Below, in pieces: positions 1-13,548 of a DNA stretch of 64,000 bases (positions are counted from its first letter, which is position 1; every line of letters begins with the position of its first letter). The stretch comes from Octopus vulgaris (Eukaryota): positions 54,746,001 to 54,810,000 of the forward strand of contig OX597826.1 in the NCBI GenBank assembly GCA_951406725.2, given 5' to 3'. The notes beneath the pieces are model-generated. The model ran no database searches, was not told the origin of the DNA, and saw only the letters and a program-made list of their open reading frames with translations. Both the position numbers and the translations under genes were made by a program.

Positions 1-371
1 ATCTGAAGGGGCCAGCCTTGTCACCGATCACGTGTTTAACACGTTTGGTTTGAAATCACGTGATCCTGTATAAGATTCAAATTGTGGAAAAATTAAATGA
101 AATGTTTTTTAAAAATTATTTCCATAGTTTTCAAATACAAGGGACATTTTCCATTTTTCAGCCTGTCTCTGTCTCTCTTTTTTACTCATATATATAACGC
201 TACGCTAGCCACTAAACCTTTTTATATTTTCTCATCTTGTTTATTTCTATGTTCCTTTCTGTCGAAGAGCGTAGACTCCAAACATAAATGACTTCCTCAC
301 TTCCCAATCGTTAAACATCTGTTTGTTGTTTATACACCCGACTTCGTCTTTTGCTTTTTTGCAGATTCTCA

Positions 372-440
<69 letters not shown>

Positions 441-521
441 GAGGTCTACGTGTTCCACTGACTAAAGGCGGTGCTCCAGCGTGGCCGCAGTCAAATGACT
501 GAAATAAATATAAGAATGAAA

Positions 522-591
<70 letters not shown>

Positions 592-599
592 GGTAGTAA

Positions 600-1110
600 A
601 ACGGTAATTTGTTCATTAATAAGAACAGAGTTACGACCAGGTGATGAGGAATTTGCTGTTTTTGAAAGTAATCATATTTCTCAAGAGTCAGTTTGTACGA
701 CACCGCAAAATTACAGGAGACTGTTTTACGGTGTTTTAAGTACCACCTCCTTTTACTGTGCATGGTTATAATTTTCTTTCTCAGTTGCAAAATATTTGGG
801 TTCTATTCGTATTTTTTTTTTTACTTATAGTTTAACATTTACCACTTTCACGGTTCTTTTGTTTCTGCATCTACATTAATTATAATGTTCCTTAAAATTT
901 CCATTCGGTTTGATTGCTCATTAGCTGGAAGTGATGACCTTTTCTTCTTACTGACCAGTACCGTTATTATATCCGGTTTCACGAAATTATTTTTCCGTTG
1001 AAGATTTGACTGAATCAATAGAAGAGTGCATCCAGTGTCACAGGATTTGGTTATTTTGATATCGTTTTGTTTCTACTATTGAACCCGGCATCTCTACATT
1101 ATCATGCATA
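600..1110 (-). mobile_element. Possible highly decayed LTR-retrotransposon remnant (aspartic protease motif)
   Basis: Minus strand near 1010-1060 reads ..DTGCTLLLIQSNL with a frameshifted QIL just before it, resembling the retroviral-type ILRDTG protease motif; surrounding frames are full of stops. Confidence 0.25.
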
Positions 1111-1535
1111 GTCGTTGGTTAGTTTTTGGACAGTATAGTTTTCCTGGTCGGTTCGGCTCAAAATGTCACCACACTAAGTCAATATTGCTGTGTCTTTACG
1201 GCTATATATATATATATATACTTTGTCTTCGTAAGACGTTTACTCTCAATTGAACTTATGTGCTTATGTGTGTGTGTGTGTGTGTGTGTGTGTCGCTGCT
1301 CCTGAAGATATGTGTTTATATATTTAAGTTGTATCTGACCCTTCTGACTGTCTGTCTGTCTGCTTGTCTCTCTCTCTCCCGTTTACTCTCTGTCCCCTCT
1401 CACTCTCTCTCTCCTCTCAGTCTCTCTGCTCTCACTCTTCCTCTCCTCTCTCTCTGTCCCCGTATATATCAATAACTTATTCGTTTCTTGTTTCTCTCTT
1501 CCTTTAAATATATATATATGCCTATCTATCTATAC

Positions 1536-1579
<44 letters not shown>

Positions 1580-1813
1580 GTACACACATGGATATTTCCA
1601 TATATTCTTCGATATAAAGTCTTATCTGCATATACATATATCCATATACATGCTATGAAAGCTATTGTGGGTTCACATATATCATGTGATTACGCACGTG
1701 CACTAACACACACTCATACACAATCTCACACAGACACAGGGTGTTACTTCAAATGTATTGATCACTTTAATAGTTTCGTACGTAAGCTATAAGACTCACA
1801 GAAGAACACATCA

Positions 1814-1902
<89 letters not shown>

Positions 1903-1927
1903 TTATATGTGTGTATTTCTCTTTCCA

Positions 1928-1979
<52 letters not shown>

Positions 1980-2614
1980 TTATACCCGCAGGCATGAACA
2001 CACTCATCTCTATAAATATGTGTTTGTCTATGTATTTATGAGTAAGTGTCCACACGCTCACGTGCACGTCATACGGACGATTTTATCTATCATTTGAGAA
2101 GTTCGGCCATATTAACTTTGAACAGTTGAAATATAAAGTCAACATAATTAAATTGCACAACGACTAGTTTGTCATAATGACTGCACATACTATCAACTAA
2201 TTCACTGAGAATGTCTTTGCAGTACTTAAACTGCCATAATTTTCAATAACTGCTACTCAACTAAATGAACATTTAACGGAATAATTATGAATTACTGTTG
2301 AGATTAGTTCTCCAAGGAGCTTGGATCGCTTTTAACTTGACAAGAATGCTACACAAGACATGGATTACAATCTGAGGTAAGTGATAAAACCTAAGAATGA
2401 ATTAATTTCCTAACATGTCCAGTTGCCTGTTTTAAATTATACTTCCCTGCAATGCAACAGTGCAAATGTTGTAGAGGAAGCTGTCTCAGGCAGATAGACA
2501 GTCGATGCCGTAAACGTGAGTTCGTATCCCGCTCCTCGTCATCTGTTTTGCGATTTTGTATTATTGATTTCTAACAAGCCGACGAGGTAGCAAAATTACA
2601 AGAGCATTAGAAAT

Positions 2615-2832
2615 AATCCTTTCTATGATAGGCACAAGGCCTGAAATTTTTTTGGAGAAGGACAGACGATTACATTGACACCAATGTACAACAAGTACTT
2701 ATTTCATCGACCTGGAAAGAATGAAAAGCATAGAAGACCTCGATGGCATTTGAACTCAAACCGTAGAGACAGAAGAACCGCTGCATTGCAATTTATCCGC
2801 CGTGCCAACAATTCTGCCAGCTCGCCGCCTTA
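2615..2832 (-). mobile_element. SINE family A, diverged copy
   Basis: Reverse complement of the head ggcggcgagctggcagaa... and body (gagttcaaat, tttcattctttccaggtcgat, aagtac) shared with the other family A copies. Confidence 0.75.
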
Positions 2833-2849
2833 AGAGCATCAAGAATATC

Positions 2850-3240
2850 TATTCGTAGTTCTTCCGATTCTTTAGATTCTGAGTTCAAGTCACGACGATG
2901 TCATCTTTGCCATTCAGCTCCTCCGTATTCAATAAAATAAAGTTCCAGCCGCGTATCGAGGTCATTGTTATCGATTAACCCTCTCCACGAAACAACTGGC
3001 CTTGAGATCAATTTAAAATCAATTCTTAAGCGCACTGGATTAAAAGAATCGTTAGAGCATCAGAAAACGTGCTTTGTGACATTTCATCCGTCTCTTTATG
3101 TTCAGAGTTCAAATCACACAAAAGTCAGCGTTGTCTTTTATCTTTTCGGTGCCGATGAAGTAAAGTACCAATAAAGTAAAAGAATCATTAGTTGTTTAAC
3201 ACAGTCGTACGAAAATTGCTAGACTTTTACCTTAATTAGA
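2850..3240 (+). mobile_element. Two adjacent old SINE family A copies
   Basis: Degenerate ttctgagttcaa...tttgccattc/ttgtctttt...gatgaa/aataaa...tacca motifs occur twice. Confidence 0.55.
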
Positions 3241-3364
3241 AAAAAATGCTGGAAAGATAAAACAATTTCCATAACATTCGCAAATTTCCTTTCTTGAAAA
3301 CTTCAAAGTGGAGAATTTAAAATAATAAAGTCTGAAATACTCAAACCGATGTCTAGATAAGAAA

Positions 3365-3490
3365 ACTATATATGGATACTCAATCCCACGTTGCTGCTGT
3401 TTAGAGATGTAAGAACTGAGTGAAATGTTTGAAAACGGATTTTAGTCATGGTACTGTAATGGTGTGGCTTCCGGTCATTTGCTGCAAAAT
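3365..3490 (+). mobile_element. Possible Tc1/Tc3-like transposase remnant
   Basis: Broken frames give DGY..RDVRTE..SHGTVMVW, resembling the DG..W.D.R.E...GGSVMVW segment of Tc1/Tc3 transposases. Confidence 0.3.
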
Positions 3491-3631
3491 TATGAGGCCG
3501 AACTTAAAATCAACTGGCCGCCGGAACTGGAACGTGAAATGAAAACAAGTTTAGAATAACAAGGTATAAATACTAAACAAAATATGAGCTAAGGGATGTA
3601 TTTGAATATCATAGGGAAATACCGGCATGTT

Positions 3632-3872
3632 AAATACCTATTTCTTTATTACCCACAAGGGGCTAAACATAGAGGGGACAAACAAGGACAGACGTAGGTA
3701 CTAAGTCAATTATATCAACCCCCAGTGCGTAACTGGTACTTATTTAATCGACCCCGAAAGGATGAAAGGCAAAGTCGACCTCGGCGGAATTTGAACTCAC
3801 AACGTAACGGCAAACGAAATACCGCAAAGCATTTTGCCCGGCGTGCTAACGTTTCTGCCAGCTCACCGCCTT
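3632..3872 (-). mobile_element. SINE family A (tRNA-derived), full head plus tail 1
   Basis: Close reverse complement of 5853-6076; A-box-like ctggcagaaacgttag and B-box-like gagttcaaattcc on the minus strand. Confidence 0.9.
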
Positions 3873-4236
3873 AAATACCTTACAATAAATACCTTACAAT
3901 AAAATTTCATGATGTTTTAAAATTAGATCCACTCTCGGGGATATGTATTAACTGTCAAATAACAATTATGACAAACCCCGCTTGACAAAGGGAGGTAACC
4001 TTAACATTCATGTGTTCTCTAAAACGGACATGCCATTAAAGAAAAGTCGATATTGCTATTGTTATTTAGTCCCAGATTAGTTGCGGTTCATCAGAAAGAT
4101 AGGGCGCTCAAGCCGTGACCATCCGTTTTTATGTAACCAGTGACTACAATCTCAAATATATGTATGCACACCTATGTATGTATGTACACACATATATAAA
4201 TATATATGTATGCATATATATATACATATACATATG

Positions 4237-4286
<50 letters not shown>

Positions 4287-4521
4287 TATACACACACATA
4301 TACGTATGTGTGCAATGTGTGATACGCACAAATACACATATACGTAGTTCTCTCTCTCTCTATATATATATATGTATGTATGCATACACACATATATACA
4401 TAAATATATATACACACACATGTATACACATATAAAACTGTATATGCATGTATGTCTACACTCACGCATATATATATATGCATATATGTATACATGCACA
4501 CATACACGCACACACACGCAT

Positions 4522-5075
4522 ATATTTAAGTATGTAATTATGAAATATAATGATAATTAAGGGCTCTGGAATGCCTGCGCCTATACGTTAAAAGTAGATG
4601 TCAAATACATATAATCCACTCTAAGTCACCTCTCTATTTATAACCGTAGGTCGAAAGCGAGGTAAGGGGCAAGAAGGTTTACAAAATTTCGGCCAATATA
4701 TCTTAACAAAATTTCGGATAATATAACTTAAGGTTAATAGACAAAATGTATATGCTGGAAATGCATGTATATATGTTGATATCGACAAATAGGTTTATCG
4801 GTATACATATGTATTTCTTGTTTATATGCATATCGGTTTATTTCTACTGGGGATTGCAAAGCAATTTCTATTGCAGAGCGTGAAATCTTAAGATATAGAG
4901 CTAATTTAGAGTGGATTGTAGGTATTTGACATCTACTTTTAGCGTATAAGCGCTGGTATTCCAGAGCCCTGAACTATAATTATATTTTGTAATTATATAT
5001 TTAAAAATTAATTTTACCGATACGTCCACTTTTTATACTTTAGACACTGATATAATCATTTTAATAATTACATCC
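4522..5075. mobile_element. Inverted-repeat element (arms ~4522-4624 and ~4906-5007), Penelope pLTR-like or MITE
   Basis: agggctctggaatgcctgcgcctatacgttaaaagtagatgtcaaatacatataatccactctaa is matched in reverse complement at 4906-4970; flanked by (TA)/(CA) microsatellites. Confidence 0.75.
4843..4899 (+). ncRNA. Minimal type I hammerhead-ribozyme-like motif (one core substitution)
   Basis: TCTA-CTGGGGA-[stem II region]-GAAA-TCTTAAGA-TA-TAGA: stem I TCTA/TAGA, palindromic stem III ATCTTAAGAT, UH triplet; core CUGANGA is CUGGGGA here. Confidence 0.45.
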
Positions 5076-5122
5076 TTAATTTATACATACATACACACAT
5101 ACATACATACATACATACATGC

Positions 5123-5162
<40 letters not shown>

Positions 5163-5278
5163 ATATATATACACATATGTATGCATACATACGTACATAT
5201 ATATATATATATATATGCATATATATAAAGGCATGTACATACACATATATGTATACATATGTACATAGATATCAACGC

Positions 5279-5351
<73 letters not shown>

Positions 5352-5852
5352 CCCGCCTATACATATGCATATACACATACATAATTATGTATAACCTAGA
5401 CTGTCTCGGTTATTCGCTCTTTTCTTCTGACCATTCACGTTCTCTACCACTCTACTATACATCATCTTAAAACGATTGGATATCGATTTGTCTAAAGTTT
5501 GAAATAAATATACCTACCTTGCCAAAGTTTAATTATCGAAGACAGCTGATGTTCCAGAATAGAACCTAGAAACCAATTATTGCTGCTGCAGACAATAAAG
5601 ATTTTAATTAACCATGTTAGAAACTAGGACGCTTATTTAATAAACACAAGCTGTACCCTGACGCTTATGTATTGGGTTTTTGTTACACCATAACTGTCCA
5701 GTGATTCAGAATCGTGGACTTAGACGTAGATCAGTTAAACGAGCCAGGATTCAGGAGACTGGTTCTTAACCCGGAGACCGTCGCGTAAAACCGACTGGTA
5801 TTACAACACTCTCCGCTGAAAGTGACGCAGGTCCGTCACAGAGTTAATTCCC

Positions 5853-6259
5853 AGCTGGCAGAAACGGTAGCGCGCCGGGCGAAATGCTTAGCGGTATTTC
5901 GTCTGTCGTTACGTTGTGAGTTCAAATTCCGCCGAGGTCGACTTTGCCTTTCATCCTTTCGGGGTCGATAAATTAAGTACCAGTTACGCACTGGGGTCGA
6001 TGTAATCGACTTAATACCTATGTCTGTCCTTGTTTGTCCCCTCTGTGTTTAGCCCCTTGTGGGTAATAAAGAAATAGGTATTTCGTCTGTCGTTACGTTC
6101 TGAGTTCAAATTCCGCCGAGGTCGACTTTGCCTTTCATCCTTTCGGGGTCGAATAAATAAGTACCAGTTACGCACTGGGTAGATGTAATCGACTTAATTC
6201 CTTTATCTGTCCTTGTTTGTCCCCTCTATGTTTAGCCCCTTGTGGGTAGTAAAGAAATA
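5853..6259 (+). mobile_element. SINE family A, dimeric copy (184-bp body repeated)
   Basis: tRNA-like head, then ggtatttcgtctg...aaagaaata at 5893 and again at 6077. Confidence 0.9.
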
Positions 6260-6809
6260 TATCTCCAGAGATCATTTACGGTTCAATTGGCTGGAGCAAC
6301 GTGGTATGAAACTTCAAGAGGACAAGTGAACAACATAGCGCTTTCTACGAAATCGAAAACCGAGATCTTACTCTCGTGTGACATACCAGATTCTGAACCT
6401 TCACTAGAATCACAAAAGTGGGGAATGTTCCTAAGTAATTCTAGTAGCTGTTCAGTTCTTTATTTCCTAATTTTTGCTACTTTCTTAATTTCATTGTTTT
6501 TTTATTTAATGTCTTTTCTTCGTTTCATTTGCGCAAGTACTTCTGTATCTATGTAAGAGCTCAGAGCAGGTACGTGTGTGTGTACGTGTATGTTAATGCG
6601 GACATCTGTGTATGTGTGTGTATGTGTGTATGTGCGTGTGAGTGTGGTCGAAGGTAACTACAAAATTCATGTTTAACTTCGGGTTCGCTCTCCTCATGAA
6701 TACATCGGTGATCACGACAATGACAGGAAGCCTTCTACTGTATTTTGTTGTCATTAAACCTCAAGATAATTTCCCTGCTAATTATATTATAGTTAATGAT
6801 AGCTCGTTA

Positions 6810-6860
6810 ATAATAATAATACTAATACTACTACTACTACTAATAATAATAATAATAGTA

Positions 6861-6925
<65 letters not shown>
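6810..6925 (+). repeat. (TAA)n microsatellite at the 5' side of the LINE fragment
   Basis: Directly visible. Confidence 0.95.
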
Positions 6926-6926
<1 letters not shown>

Positions 6927-6949
6927 CGCTCAAACAATATTAGCATAAA

Positions 6950-8107
6950 CTGTGGCATTGTCATCGCTAATTTTCTGCATAGCACTAATACCACTCTCAA
7001 GTGAACTGAATAGAACAGGGTATGGTTACAAAATCCACAACAGGAAAATAAGCCATCTATTTTATATGGATGATTTAAAAATATATGGCAAAGATGATGA
7101 AGAGCTTGAAGGACTACTACATACTGTGAAAGGATTCAGTGATGATATCGGGATGGAGTTTGGCCTTGAAAAGTGTGCCAAAGCCACTTTTAAGAAAGGG
7201 AAGTTGGTAAAGTCAAGTTCAATCAAATTAGATGTCGAAAACAGTAATAAAGGAACTCGAGCAGGAACAAACCTATAAATACCTAGGAATAAATGAAGGC
7301 TCTGGTATCCAGCATGCAAGCATGAAAGAAAAAGTTAGGAAGGAATGTTATAGAAGAGTTCGAGCAGTCGTGAAGTCTGAGCTGAATGCATATAATAAGG
7401 TGTTAGCCATAAATTCCTTAGCAGTCCCAGTTCTATAGCTTCAATGTGCTTCACTTGAATACCAGTGAAATAATGAAAATTGATAGAAAAATCCGCAAGC
7501 TACTGAGTTGTAATAAGATGCACCATCCAAAGGCAGATGTGGACCGTCTTTACCTTCCCAGAGCTCAGGGAAGTCGAGGCTTGATCAAGCTTGAACTTAC
7601 GTACAAAACCACCACAATCGGACTGGCCAAATACCTTGAAACAACCAACGATTGGATGCTAAAACTTGTTGAAAAACATGAAAGACCGAAAAAACTTCGC
7701 TCTATTCTGAAAGAGAGCAAAATATTCGTTACTGATCTCTTAGTTGCCTACCAGATTGATCAGGTTGAAGGAAATGCGCCAACTGCTGTTGCAAAGAAAA
7801 TAAACTTAATTGCAAAGTCAAAAGCACATGAAAAATTAGCTAGCAGATGGGAACAGAAACCTCTGCATGGCAAGTATATGGCCCGTAGCAAACAAGCTGA
7901 TGTGGACCAGGAACACACGCATCAATGGTTACAAAGCTTAGGGCTAAAAGCAGAGAGTGAAGGTTTTATATTAGCTGCTCAAAACCGAAGTTTATTAACC
8001 CGGAATTACCAAGCCAATTTGATAAAAAATGGAGCTGAGGCAAAATGCCGATTCTGTAACGATGAAATTGAAACTATAGACCACCTAATCTCAGGGTGTA
8101 CAGTTTT
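6950..8107 (+). mobile_element. Decayed non-LTR retrotransposon, R4/Dong-like (reverse transcriptase to CCHC zinc knuckle), frameshifted and truncated at both ends
   Basis: Overlapping frames give LSSLIFCIALIPLS, HLFYMDDLKIY (YxDD), MEFGLEKCA, YKYLGINE, AINSLAVPVL, HPKADVDRLYLPR..GRGL, KPLHGKY, ESEGFILAAQ, CRFC..ETIDHLISGC. Confidence 0.9.
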
Positions 8108-8314
8108 GATGGTAGAGTGTTTTGTCGATGTCACCTACTGTAGTATTTGACTCGATCTTTTTATTGATTGCTACCGTATTCTACCAGCCCCACGAAGACG
8201 ATAACTAAATTTGATTTCACTTGTATGAGAACCCTTGAACGTAGTGGGGCAGAACAAAACTCTCCAAATATCTCTTTCGACACTCTAACAAAGGTACTTG
8301 TTTCATAATAATTC

Positions 8315-8510
8315 TTTCAAATTTTGGCTCAAAGCCATCAATTTTGAGGGGATAGGCAAATCGATTACAGCGACACCTGGTACTTATTTTCTCAACCTCG
8401 AAAGGATGAAAGTCAAAGTTATACTCAGCGGCATTTGAACTCAGAACGTAAAGATCCGGAACGTATACCGCATAACATTTATTCCGGCATTCATGACAAT
8501 TCTGTCTGCT
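8315..8510 (-). mobile_element. SINE family A, diverged
   Basis: ggtacttatttt...gaaaggatgaaagtcaaagt...tttgaactcagaacgta. Confidence 0.7.
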
Positions 8511-9140
8511 CAATAAGAATAACAAAAATAATATGAATGATAATAATAGATAAAACAGCAAATTTAAACCAGGAATAGAAAATTTGATTTTTAAATAACT
8601 AGATAGAAAAATATATAGTATTTTTTGTTAAAGAATAATAAAAAAAAAGAGAATAAATAAATAATGAAATAAAGAACTAAAACATGAGGCAAAAATGTTT
8701 CTGCGAGGTGTGATTCTGGCGAACATGTTCAGTTTGCAGGTTATTCTAATTAAATTGAATATTTTAGCAATTCAAATAGAATTTTTCATTTATTTTTGTT
8801 TCAATGTCATACAAAATGTAAATAACTGAGTAAAAAAAAAAGAAACAAAGCAAAAACAACAACAATAACAACAACAACAACAAAAAGGCTCCAGAAAATT
8901 GCTTTTGCCTTACCTCTTTCCTTTCTTATGTGCATGAGTATACACATGTGTGTGCTTGTGTGTGAGTGTGTTTGTGTGTTTGTGTGTGTATGTCTGTTTG
9001 TGCGTGTGTGTGTGTGTGTGTGTGTGAGTAAAATTTATATATTTCTGACAAATTTCAGCTTCACACACGCTATACCAAAACGCACGCACAGACCACACCA
9101 TACTGTACCTCACACTCCATACGGACAGTTACTCACACTT

Positions 9141-9182
<42 letters not shown>

Positions 9183-9188
9183 AGCCTC

Positions 9189-9248
<60 letters not shown>

Positions 9249-9260
9249 CCTATCTTTCTA

Positions 9261-9296
<36 letters not shown>

Positions 9297-9398
9297 CATA
9301 TACGTACATATATGTATGTGTGTGTATCTATATATATTTTATATTTACCAAAACTACACACATATAGATATACATATATTATATATATATACGTATAC

Positions 9399-9445
<47 letters not shown>

Positions 9446-9471
9446 AACAGATGCAGAGATGCAGCACGGAG

Positions 9472-9663
9472 TTTTGTCAGTGAACAGGTCGCGGTTTCAA
9501 AGCGACGAAAATATTTTGACAAATTAAATTTAAATGTTGAAGTGAATCTAACGGTTTTTGTGCGTTTCTTAAATGGCTTATAAACACCTTCCACGCTGCA
9601 ATTATCTTCATTCCAACACACGATATCAGATCAGGTCACTTGCTATGCAAGTACATCTCCGTA
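9472..9663 (+). mobile_element. Dispersed ~190-bp repeat (second copy inverted at 39346-39538), Penelope pLTR-like
   Basis: Near-collinear reverse complement of 39346-39538; both copies abut (TA)n. Confidence 0.75.
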
Positions 9664-9817
9664 GTATATATACATATATATATACACATTCTTATGTATA
9701 CGTAAATACTATGTACATATCCATACATGCATGCATAAATACACACACATACATACATACATACATACACACGCTTACATACACACACGCACACACATAC
9801 ACACACACACACACACG

Positions 9818-9852
<35 letters not shown>

Positions 9853-10280
9853 GGTGGGATGACATACTCATTAGCTTCTAAAGCAAAATGCTTCGGCGGC
9901 ATTTGTTCTGATTCTTTACGTCCTGAGTTCAAACATCGCCGACTTGACTTTTATCAACAGGTCTGGGTTTATTTTTAGATAGGTCGGTAGTCATGTTAGT
10001 AGAAATGATGACGTTTAATCGCCCTTCTTGCTCTCAAAGTTGCTGGCTTTGAACCCATAAACGGATTGGCGTCCCGTTCAGGGGAAAATGATGCGACCCC
10101 TGTTATTCAAACGTCATGCAACCTGCCTCTAGAAACCTAGGTCTTCAGAAAAGAACTACCTATCTTGCTAGCTTACTAGCTTTCTGTCTGTTCATATATA
10201 TGTCTGTCTGTCTGTTTGTCTATGTGTCTCTCTCTCTGTTTCACTCTCTCTCTCTCTCTATCTATCTGTCTGTGTGACTT

Positions 10281-10351
<71 letters not shown>

Positions 10352-10382
10352 GTGTACCTTTCTGTCTATGTCTGTTTGTCTG

Positions 10383-10447
<65 letters not shown>

Positions 10448-10532
10448 AACACACACACACATACACACACACAAACACACACACACACTTACACACACAC
10501 ACTTACACACACACACACTTACACACACACAC

Positions 10533-10593
<61 letters not shown>

Positions 10594-11119
10594 TTTTTTG
10601 AAAGGCAGTTAATAATCAGAACAGATGTATTATCTCGATCTGAAGAGGAATAACGTTCCTGTTGGGCAAATAATTCAGGTAGTGACATTCTGAAAGTCGT
10701 ATCGTTACTTTTTCGCACCCGTTCTCCATCCCTTGCACTTTAAAACACTAACAGTACTCCTGATACTCTGTCAGAGTACTCCCAATTCACTTTTGAAACA
10801 GGTGTAGAATAATACGTACGACAACTTCAACTGCCGTAACTCGAAAATATATCGTGTGCTGTGCCAATAAATGTAAGTTAATCATGTCAAACTTGCTCTC
10901 ACAGACTTAAGTCTTATAAACTATATATGTTTATTCTTTGCTTTTACTGTTGTTTATTTCTCTGTCAAATAGATCTATGATAAAAGAATTTCCTACTTTG
11001 ATCCAGGGCTATTTTAACATCATTGTAGGCCTCCGGGTAAACGATATACAAATTCTCTTATATTTATCTATTGCTATCAAGCCACGTTCATGCGTCGGTA
11101 TTGAGTCTTAAACTCGTTA

Positions 11120-11784
11120 AAACAGTTGGAAGAAGGGAGTCTGGGCCAAATGATTCTTTTGGCTGTCTCCATACGTATATTCGGCTAACAGTAGGAAATA
11201 AGGTAAAGGATGACTCCTCCGAGAAAATAACATTATCCTACTGCTCTAAGGGACCAATTCTGTAGGTTTTTACTCCACTCTAAACGCTTTGCAACGTTTG
11301 TTTTTGAAAGTAGTGGTTTTCTGATTGCATCCCTCCTGTGAAATCCGGCTTTGTGCCGCTCCCAGGAAACAGTTTTTGCGGAAACTGGGTTCTCGTCGGT
11401 CCCAATCTGAAAGTTTTGATTTTCTTCTTCAGTTTTGTTTCGACGAGGAGATTTTTCCCTCTTTCTCAAAGGCTGTCATTACTTTCGAGACAGTACTTCT
11501 TGATACACCAAACATTTCGGCTGTTTTCTTTACGCTAGCGCCTGCCATACGAGCACCAACAATTTAACTTCTTTAAAATCCGATAGATCTGTCATTTTAA
11601 TGAATTTTAATTACCCTTTTCTGATGATATCGGAAAAGAAACAACAACTTTAGCAAACCATCGTGAGCAACACTAATAATAAATAAAAAAAACATAAAAA
11701 TTTAAAGCTTTTGACGGTTTTATAGATATTACAAAATTATGATGCTATGATACAAGGTGTTTCCATTATTTTGTCCAACCCTTG
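11120..11784 (-). mobile_element. Tc1-like DNA transposon, 5' part (TIR, HTH and start of DDE domain), decayed
   Basis: TA then caagggttggacaaaataatggaaacacc TIR-like end at 11784; ATG at 11595; IVGARMAGASVKKTAEMFGVSRSTVSKV HTH; RKPLLSKTNVAKRLEW; NVIFSEESSFTL..IYVWRQPKE. Confidence 0.85.
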
Positions 11785-12135
11785 TAGATCTTCATAAGTC
11801 CAGATGGGCGGGAATGAGAAGTACATGCACCGTAAATAGAAAAGGCACACAGGAAACGTAGTTTGCATCAAAGTTCCATCTAATGTACAAATGTTTCATG
11901 CTTGCCACACATCTGTTACGTGAGTATACTGTCCTGCTACTTGAACATTGACATTACTCGGCTGATGAACGGGAGTGGCAACATTTGTTCACATGGCCAA
12001 GATTTATACTCACATAATTGACGTCTACCAACCTTTGGAAACAGGTGTACATTGAAATTTAGCATTAATCCCGAATACTTCCTTCTTCCTCTCTTGTTAT
12101 TAATATATATATATATTTATACATACATACCTACA

Positions 12136-12239
<104 letters not shown>

Positions 12240-12267
12240 CATATGTATATAATGCATATATACATAC

Positions 12268-12343
<76 letters not shown>

Positions 12344-13330
12344 CATACATACACACACAAACAATTATGCATACATATAAAAGAACATATATTTCAATGT
12401 GTGTGTGTGTAGACTGTTTTGTTGATTGGCCCTTGGTAAGAATCGATTGCCTAGGTCTATGGCCCAAAGCCTTCCAACTGTGTCTTCTCCATAGTTTTAC
12501 ATATCAACATGTTAACGGTATTATTCTCTATTTAAGAACAGTCGTGATTTATTAATATTTGACTGCTATTTGTTGCAAATCTAACGACCACAAAGACGCC
12601 CTCTCGAATTGCTGTGTCTCTGTAAATCGATATGTACGTCAATACATCTATAATCTAACACGGTCACACGATCCTACACGTAAAAGCGAACACACGTACA
12701 CTCCTTCCATACGTAATCATTCACAGGAACACGCAAACGTTTGCGTGCAAGTTGTCTATATATTTATGCATCGTACACTGTAGTATACATACTATTGTGT
12801 GCATATATCACCAACGCAAGCACACTTACAATCAATCATACACATTCAGAAACACGAAGAGGAAACACACACACGTACATGATGTTGAAGTCGATTTACT
12901 GAATCTAGTAGATCCGCCATTAGTTATACTTCATTTTGAACTAAATTAATTTAATATCGGTTACTTGACGACACTGTGTAACTCTAAGATAAAGTGAAGG
13001 GGTCAACCCTAAGCTTTTCAAATGTTTCAGTATTGGCGAATTACAAAGACAAACTTTTATGTGCTAAATTTAATGGTATTAACGTTATATGAGAAATGGA
13101 GAACTTGTCAAGTACAAAGTCGACAGTAGCAAAGACAGCAGCAACAACAACGATGGCAGCAGTGATAACGACACCAACAACAGCAGCAGCAGCAGAACAT
13201 GAGAACAGCGGTATTCTTCTGCAATGACAGCAATGAGCAATGAACAACACAGTAACCTTTTGACCTATCTACATATTCCAACAATCAAATTGATTTTACA
13301 ATTTGAAATCTCTTCTCTGACGTGTGTCAT

Positions 13331-13548
13331 TTACTGTGATTTAGAAAAAGTCATTATGAAAATTCCATTTTTAGACGACATCAGATTGAGGCGTTGTATT
13401 ATTTCGCCAACGAGAGAATAACATCCATAAGTCTGTAACAAGTGTTTCATGGCCTCCACCGGAAATTTCGCTGACGAGCAAGACAGTAGATCTGAAACCT
13501 GTTTTGATCTGTACATCACTGATTTGTTTCTGTTTAGTGGTCTGAAAC
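13331..13548 (-). CDS. Candidate terminal exon of an unknown gene
   Basis: Minus-strand acceptor tatttgtcag then non-repetitive sequence with two open frames (stops at 13331 or 13371); phase-compatible with the micro-exon candidate at 14915-14956. No homology recognised. Confidence 0.2.

Noticed and set aside
255-295. Possible hammerhead variant (ctgtcgaagagcgtagactccaaac)
   Set aside because: Both core segments are degenerate in this copy; cannot be supported.
2220-2382. Exon ending at GAG|GTAAGT
   Set aside because: Good donor but all frames contain stops and the acceptor is ambiguous.
10590-10740. Minus-strand peptide RDGERVRKSNDTTFRMSLPELFAQQ
   Set aside because: Weak splice signals, no recognisable family, runs into (GT)n.
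13470-13510. CTGACGA...GAAAC hammerhead-like core
   Set aside because: Stems I and II do not pair convincingly.
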